This document shows positions 55,857-64,000 of a stretch of DNA of 64,000 nucleotides, one piece after another; within the stretch, counting starts at the first letter, position 1, and each line of letters opens with the position of its first letter. This DNA is from Bacteroidales bacterium (GTDB lineage: Bacteria > Bacteroidota > Bacteroidia > Bacteroidales > UBA12481). The position numbers and the translations under genes are program-made. The stretch lies in NCBI GenBank assembly GCA_028686135.1, contig JAQUCP010000007.1, forward strand, positions 49,647 through 113,646. The letters are read 5' to 3'. A model generated the notes under the pieces. That model searched no databases, was not told the DNA's origin, and saw only the letters and a list, made by a program, of their open reading frames with translations.

Positions 55857-57197
55857 TTATAATTTGCTTAATGCTTTTCGTAATTCGATCTCTTTGTTCA
55901 GCATCTCCAGCGCGGCGCCCAGATAGGCACCCTGGGCTTCGAGGAGGGTGTTATACGACTGTTTCAGGTCGGTACCCGAGGCGATGCCGGCTTTGTAACG
56001 GATCTGGTCTTTGTCATAGATTCGGCGGGCTAGCTCGTAGTTTTCTTTTTTATTCCGATAAGTTACAGCAGCGACATCGAAATTATTTTTTGAGGTGAGG
56101 ACGCCCATTTTGAGGCTTTCCGTGACTTGTCGTTTAGTGTTGATGACCTTCTCCAGCTCAAGAGAAGCGCGGCGGGTATTTTGGATCCGCTGACCGGAGC
56201 TGAGGATCGGGATGCTGATTTGCACGCCAAGCAGGGTGGTAGGAAACCATTTTTGATTGAAATCCAAGAAGTTGAACTGGTTTCGCTGAGCGTTCTCCGT
56301 CTGCGATAAAAAGGCTGCAGCGGTAGGCATAAAGGCTGTCCGTGCCATCTTTACCTGCAGTCCGGCGATGTTTTCCTGGACATCCAGCATCCGGAATGTG
56401 ACATGGTTTCGGGGATCGAAGTCTTCCGATAAGAACGATTGCGGGTCGGCGGCCATCAGGAGCATCTGCAGGTTATCCGTGAGGCTGATCTCATCGGTGA
56501 CTGACAGGCCCAGGTTGAATTTTAGCAGGTATTCAGCACTACGAATTTGATTTTCAGCCATCAAGCGGTTGGTCTGGAGCTCCGAAAGCAGGAGCCTCAA
56601 CTTATCCACATCGGTCTCTTCCAGGAATCCTTGCTTGAACAGGGCATCGGTCTCTTGGAGCAGCCCCTCCATTGTTTTAATCGTTTCGGTCATCAACCGG
56701 AGGTTGTCCTGAGCCACCAGCACCAGATAATAGGCGTTAGCCACAGCCTGGCGTACCTCCTGCTGAGCCTGTTCGAGCTGAATCTGAGTGAGTTCCCGGG
56801 CTTCCCGGGCCACCTTCAGTCCTACAAACCAGGCTCCGTTGAAGAGCAGCTGCTTCAGCTGAGCCTGAACGCTGGCATTATGCTTGGTACCAAACTGCAC
56901 CTCCATATACGTTCCAGGCTCACCACCGAAAAACTCGGCGGGAATGAGCTGGGTGGCCAGGTTGATGAAGTTGTTGTACGAAATCGAGGCATCCAGCTGG
57001 GGTAAGGCCGATGCCAACGTCTCCCTGACCTTCCGTTCGGCAATGGCAATGTCGATGACGGCATTACGAGCCTGATAGTTGTGATTGACGGCATACTCCT
57101 GAGCCTCTTTCAGTGAGAATTCCCTGATTTGACTCCTTAGGGGCTGACCCGCCAGCAGAAGGCTCCATGTGATGAGTATCAGTGCTAATCGGTTCAT
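55857..57197 (-). CDS. TolC family outer-membrane efflux protein
   Basis: Signal peptide and two tandem OEP-type repeats at 446 aa. It is the first structural gene of the efflux operon. Confidence 0.9.
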   Translation of the reverse strand: MNRLALILITWSLLLAGQPLRSQIREFSLKEAQEYAVNHNYQARNAVIDIAIAERKVRETLASALPQLDASISYNNFINLATQLIPAEFFGGEPGTYMEVQFGTKHNASVQAQLKQLLFNGAWFVGLKVAREARELTQIQLEQAQQEVRQAVANAYYLVLVAQDNLRLMTETIKTMEGLLQETDALFKQGFLEETDVDKLRLLLSELQTNRLMAENQIRSAEYLLKFNLGLSVTDEISLTDNLQMLLMAADPQSFLSEDFDPRNHVTFRMLDVQENIAGLQVKMARTAFMPTAAAFLSQTENAQRNQFNFLDFNQKWFPTTLLGVQISIPILSSGQRIQNTRRASLELEKVINTKRQVTESLKMGVLTSKNNFDVAAVTYRNKKENYELARRIYDKDQIRYKAGIASGTDLKQSYNTLLEAQGAYLGAALEMLNKEIELRKALSKL

Positions 57198-57823
57198 TTC
57201 CAGTATTTTTTTATTTGCTTATAGAGTTCTTTAATTCCTTTTTCCGAGGCGATGCCATGAATATGATAGATGAAAATCTCCCGCATCACCTCCTCTGAGT
57301 TTAGATCGGAAATCATGTAAGGATCTGTGCTATGACGATATTCCAGCCTGGTGAGGTGGATCTTCGATATCAACCCGATGTTCATATTATCCCGATATAG
57401 CCCTTCACGAACGCCCTTTTCCAGGTTGACCCGGATTGCATTATGCATGCTCTCACGCTGCCTGGCTAAAAGCTGCTCGAAAATCGCAGGGTAGTATTTA
57501 CGAAGATCATAACCTACCGACGGATTCTGCTCTTTCATCATCTGGTTCATATAGTAGTTAACCAGGAAAAGCTCTTCGATCGCATTTATTTCAGGGGAAG
57601 TAAGGCTATTAACCTTTTTGACATTGTTTTGCTGATTGTGAAACATCACCTGTTCCACCAAATCAGCCTTGTCTTTAACCGATTCATATAGAGTTTTTTT
57701 TGATATGCCCAGCTCCCTGGCCACATCATCCATCGTGACACTCCTGATCCCATACCGATTGTAGAGATCATACACACGCAATAGATAATCTTGATGCTTT
57801 TCGTCCATCATGCTGCTAATCAA
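57194..57823 (-). CDS. TetR/AcrR family transcriptional regulator
   Basis: N-terminal HTH (GIRSVTMDDVARELGISKKTLY). It overlaps the TolC-like start by 4 nt. Confidence 0.9.
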   Translation of the reverse strand: MISSMMDEKHQDYLLRVYDLYNRYGIRSVTMDDVARELGISKKTLYESVKDKADLVEQVMFHNQQNNVKKVNSLTSPEINAIEELFLVNYYMNQMMKEQNPSVGYDLRKYYPAIFEQLLARQRESMHNAIRVNLEKGVREGLYRDNMNIGLISKIHLTRLEYRHSTDPYMISDLNSEEVMREIFIYHIHGIASEKGIKELYKQIKKYWK

Positions 57824-57878
57824 AAATTTGTTTGGTTTATTATCGATAAAACCCGCGGAAACGAAAATTGTTTAAAAA

Positions 57879-57905
57879 GTTTCCGAAGTTTCCGAAGTTT
57901 CCGAA
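57879..57905. repeat. Three tandem copies of GTTTCCGAA, with an inverted partial copy CGGAAAC at 57856-57862; candidate TetR operator
   Basis: Read directly. It lies 33-82 nt upstream of the TetR start (57823, minus strand), in the TetR/GH2 divergent spacer. Confidence 0.55.
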
Positions 57906-57924
57906 ATTTTTTGCAAAAACTTGA

Positions 57925-61278
<3,354 letters not shown>

Positions 61279-61304
61279 GGACAATCAAAGATTTAGATAG
61301 TAAG

Positions 61305-63107
61305 ATGCCAATGAACAATTTGAATTACGGTGTGATAGGAAACTGTCGGAGTGCTGCTTTAGTTTCAAAAACGGGGAGTATCGATTGGTGTTGTTTACCC
61401 GATTTCGATTCACCTTCGGTTTTCGCGAAGATACTGGATACGGAAAAAGGGGGTTATTTTGCCTTCGAAGTGGGTGATGAATATGCCATATCCCAGCGAT
61501 ATTTTCATCGGACGAACATTCTTTGCACTGAATACCGTTCTCCCGGCGGGGCGTTTGAAGTGATCGATTTCATGCCACGATACAAGACGGGAGAAAAAGA
61601 CTATTTCACTCCTGCAGAGATCTATCGGTATATCAGGCTTTTATCCGGAGCTCCTTCTTTCAGGGTTATCTATCAGCCCAGATTATATTATGCCAGGGAC
61701 GAAGTGGACCATGTGGTGGAAGACAATTACATCCGAACCTATTCAAGAGAGAACCCGACTAATTCACTTTTTCTTTATACTAGCCTGAATATCAATAGTA
61801 TACTTTCCGGCCAAGAGATTCAGCTAACAGAATCGCATCAATACATTTTACTATCCTACAATCAAAAATTGATAACCATTGATAACGACCGGGTTTATCT
61901 GGAGTATCAACGGACCAAAGTGTATTGGCTCAACTGGACCAGTCGGTCGAAGATGTACAGTAAATACACGGAAGAGATCATCCGGAGCCTGCTGGTATTA
62001 AAAATCATGTCGTATCAACGGAGTGGAGCTGTGCTGGCGGCATTGACAACCAGCATTCCCGAGGCGATTGGGGAGGTAAGGAACTGGGACTATCGTTTTT
62101 GTTGGCTGCGGGATGCCTCCATGTCCATTGCCACCTTGCTAAAGCTGGGGCACTTCAATGCAGCCCGCTCTTTTGTAGGATACATCAAGAGAATTATCCA
62201 GTCGAAGAGCGATTCTTTTCAGATCATGTACGGTATTCGGGGTGAGCAAAACCTGCAAGAAACCGACCTGCCACATTTATCCGGGTATGAAAATTCCAGA
62301 CCGGTGAGGATTGGCAATGCAGCATTTAACCAATCGCAGAATGATGTTTTTGGTTATCTAATGAATGTTATCTATCAGTATTTTAAGTTTTTCCCGGGTT
62401 CGCTGGACGAGATCGAAGAAATGTGGGAGATTGTCCGAAATATTAGTCGGACCGTTACCATGAGATGGCGAAATCCCGATAGGGGTATTTGGGAGATCAG
62501 GAATGGCGATAAACATTTTGTATCTTCCAAGGTCATGAGTTGGGTAGCTTTAGATCGGGCGACTAAGATAGCTGCGTTGTTAAACAAGAAGTATTACCAG
62601 GAGACTTGGAGGCGAACGGCGGATGATATTCGTGCGGATGTTTATGCTCATGGCTGGAAAGAAGAGATCCAAAGCTTTACCCAGGCTTACAGTAACGATG
62701 ATATGGACGCTTCGCTCCTATTGATGGCCGAATATGGCTTCATCGCACCCACTGATCCTAAATTCAGGAGTACAGTGCTCGCGATAAAGAAAGCGCTTTA
62801 TCATAATGGGCTGATGTACAGGTATATAAATCACGATGATTTTGGTCAGCCAAGCTCCTCTTTCACCATTTGCACCTTTGGGTTGATTCAGGCTTTATAC
62901 CGAATCGGATTAAAAGAAGAGGCTGAGGAAATCTTCCTGAAACTGATGTCTTACAGTAATCATCTGGGGCTATTTAGTGAGGATATTGATTTTAACACCA
63001 AGCGACTTTTGGGAAACTTCCCGCAAGCGTACTCTCATCTGGCTCTGATCAACACAGCCAGTCTATTCTCGGAAGAGAAACCGACTAGCAGGTTTATCAA
63101 ACCCTGA
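61305..63107 (+). CDS. GH15 family glycoside hydrolase (glucoamylase/trehalase-related), cytoplasmic
   Basis: NWDYRFCWLRDAS and FPQAYSHLALI motifs of the GH15 (alpha/alpha)6 domain. No signal peptide. Confidence 0.88.
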   Translation: MPMNNLNYGVIGNCRSAALVSKTGSIDWCCLPDFDSPSVFAKILDTEKGGYFAFEVGDEYAISQRYFHRTNILCTEYRSPGGAFEVIDFMPRYKTGEKDYFTPAEIYRYIRLLSGAPSFRVIYQPRLYYARDEVDHVVEDNYIRTYSRENPTNSLFLYTSLNINSILSGQEIQLTESHQYILLSYNQKLITIDNDRVYLEYQRTKVYWLNWTSRSKMYSKYTEEIIRSLLVLKIMSYQRSGAVLAALTTSIPEAIGEVRNWDYRFCWLRDASMSIATLLKLGHFNAARSFVGYIKRIIQSKSDSFQIMYGIRGEQNLQETDLPHLSGYENSRPVRIGNAAFNQSQNDVFGYLMNVIYQYFKFFPGSLDEIEEMWEIVRNISRTVTMRWRNPDRGIWEIRNGDKHFVSSKVMSWVALDRATKIAALLNKKYYQETWRRTADDIRADVYAHGWKEEIQSFTQAYSNDDMDASLLLMAEYGFIAPTDPKFRSTVLAIKKALYHNGLMYRYINHDDFGQPSSSFTICTFGLIQALYRIGLKEEAEEIFLKLMSYSNHLGLFSEDIDFNTKRLLGNFPQAYSHLALINTASLFSEEKPTSRFIKP

Positions 63108-63128
63108 TTTAGAAAAAAGAGGACAAGA

Positions 63129-64000
63129 ATGATCAAGGATCCAAAATTCAAACGGTTGGTTATTGCTGCTTACAGGCTTCCTTTCAAGGTTATTAAGACA
63201 AAGAAAGGATACAGGGCCATTCAGAATGCGGGGGGGTTGGTTTCAGCAATTTTAACTCTTTCAGAAAATTATATCCAGAAAAGGGATTATAAGAGCTCCA
63301 AAATTCTTTGGGCTGGAATAGCGGACAATATTCCAGAGGGTGCTGATGTCAGTGATCTAGGTAATAAGCATTTTGATCTTGCCCCGGTAGCGATCTCTAC
63401 CGAACTAAATGATCTTTATTACGGAGGGTTTTGCAATGACCTGATATGGCCTCTATTCCATTATTTTACAACGTATTGTGTGTTTGATAAAGCCTATTAT
63501 CAGGCCTATGTTGAAGCTAACCTTAAATTCCGGGATGAGCTGTTGAAGGTCATTCGGCCGAGTGATTTTATCTGGATTCATGATTACCAGCTGATGATGC
63601 TTCCAGAGATGATCAGGGAGAAGGTTCCTGATGCTACGATCGGGTTCTTTTTGCATATTCCATTTCCATCGTTTGAGATATTCAGGCTTTTGCCCCGGCG
63701 TTGGAGGGATTCCATTATTCACGGAATGCTTGGAGCCGATCTGATCGGATTTCATACACACGATTACAGCCAGCATTTTATTAAGTCGGTTAAGCGAACC
63801 ACCGGATATGAGTGCCACCTGAATACAATTTACACCCCCAACAAGCTGGTTAAGGCTGATGCTTTTCCCATCGGGATAGATTATGAACGGTTCAATCAGG
63901 CATCCGTGATTGCTTCTGTACAACAGAAAAAGGAGAAGATTCGGTCAACATTGCCCGACCAGAAACTGATTTTTTCGGTCGATCGTTTGGACTACACCAA
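63129..64000 (+). CDS. otsA: Alpha,alpha-trehalose-phosphate synthase (GT20), 5' part; runs off the window and is absent from the ORF track
   Basis: My translation from ATG 63129 is MIKDPKFKRLVIAAYRLPFKV...LIWPLFHYF...IWIHDYQLMMLPEMIR...GFFLHIPFPSFEIFR...DLIGFHTHDY...FSVDRLDYT. These are diagnostic GT20 motifs. The frame is open to base 64000. Confidence 0.9.
   Translation, partial: MIKDPKFKRLVIAAYRLPFKVIKTKKGYRAIQNAGGLVSAILTLSENYIQKRDYKSSKILWAGIADNIPEGADVSDLGNKHFDLAPVAISTELNDLYYGGFCNDLIWPLFHYFTTYCVFDKAYYQAYVEANLKFRDELLKVIRPSDFIWIHDYQLMMLPEMIREKVPDATIGFFLHIPFPSFEIFRLLPRRWRDSIIHGMLGADLIGFHTHDYSQHFIKSVKRTTGYECHLNTIYTPNKLVKADAFPIGIDYERFNQASVIASVQQKKEKIRSTLPDQKLIFSVDRLDYT

Noticed and set aside
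63453-63923. 156-aa minus-strand ORF at the window end
   Set aside because: It is antisense to a clear GT20/otsA reading frame that the track omits only because it has no stop within the window.

Overview
This 64-kb window is mostly chromosomal housekeeping DNA and looks like Bacteroidota. The pointers are a T9SS C-terminal sorting domain, proteins that look like DUF4271, DUF4292 and DUF4175, a FISUMP-domain lipoprotein, and generally no Shine-Dalgarno sequences. I call about 50 protein genes, one tRNA-Val(GAC) and a few small repeats or palindromes. I found no rRNA, CRISPR array, transposase, integrase or recognisable defence system.

Main blocks:
- 82-13462 (+): a GT2/GT39-TPR glycosylation pair, an S9 peptidase, yqaE-like/dtd/mazG-like/deoC, arsR-queD, polA and mobA-moaD-moaE. 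Two minus-strand genes, the CDGSH gene and the DUF1080 gene, interrupt the run at 5425-6613.
- 13466-32078 (-): an unbroken run of 15 tightly packed co-directional genes. In order they are S41 peptidase, yidD, rnpA, hemD-like, DUF4271, uvrC, ade, mnmG, ybeY, a 1082-aa membrane coiled-coil protein, a degenerate-LytM EnvC-like protein, DUF4292, TPR, dut and a flippase.
- 32208-46425: hemW, lutB-like, rpiB, a MORN-variant protein, ruvB, a T9SS BNR-repeat protein, an acyltransferase, a divergent Crp/Fnr-OsmC pair, pheS and a cyclophilin.
- 46534-49994: tRNA-Val followed by an orphan 407-aa gene, a start-less gene fragment, and secreted EEP and FISUMP genes.
- 49991-64000: an MFS gene, a TetR-TolC-MFP-RND efflux operon, GH2 beta-galactosidase, GH15, and a partial otsA missing from the ORF track.

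The best candidate for uncharacterised biology is the translationally coupled TPR / DUF4292 / degenerate-LytM / giant coiled-coil module at 23115-30038. Next come the orphan gene and gene remnant beside the tRNA. Everything rests on reading the sequence and recalling family motifs. No searches were run, so family names such as DUF4175, DUF4292 and DUF4271 are recollection-based calls.
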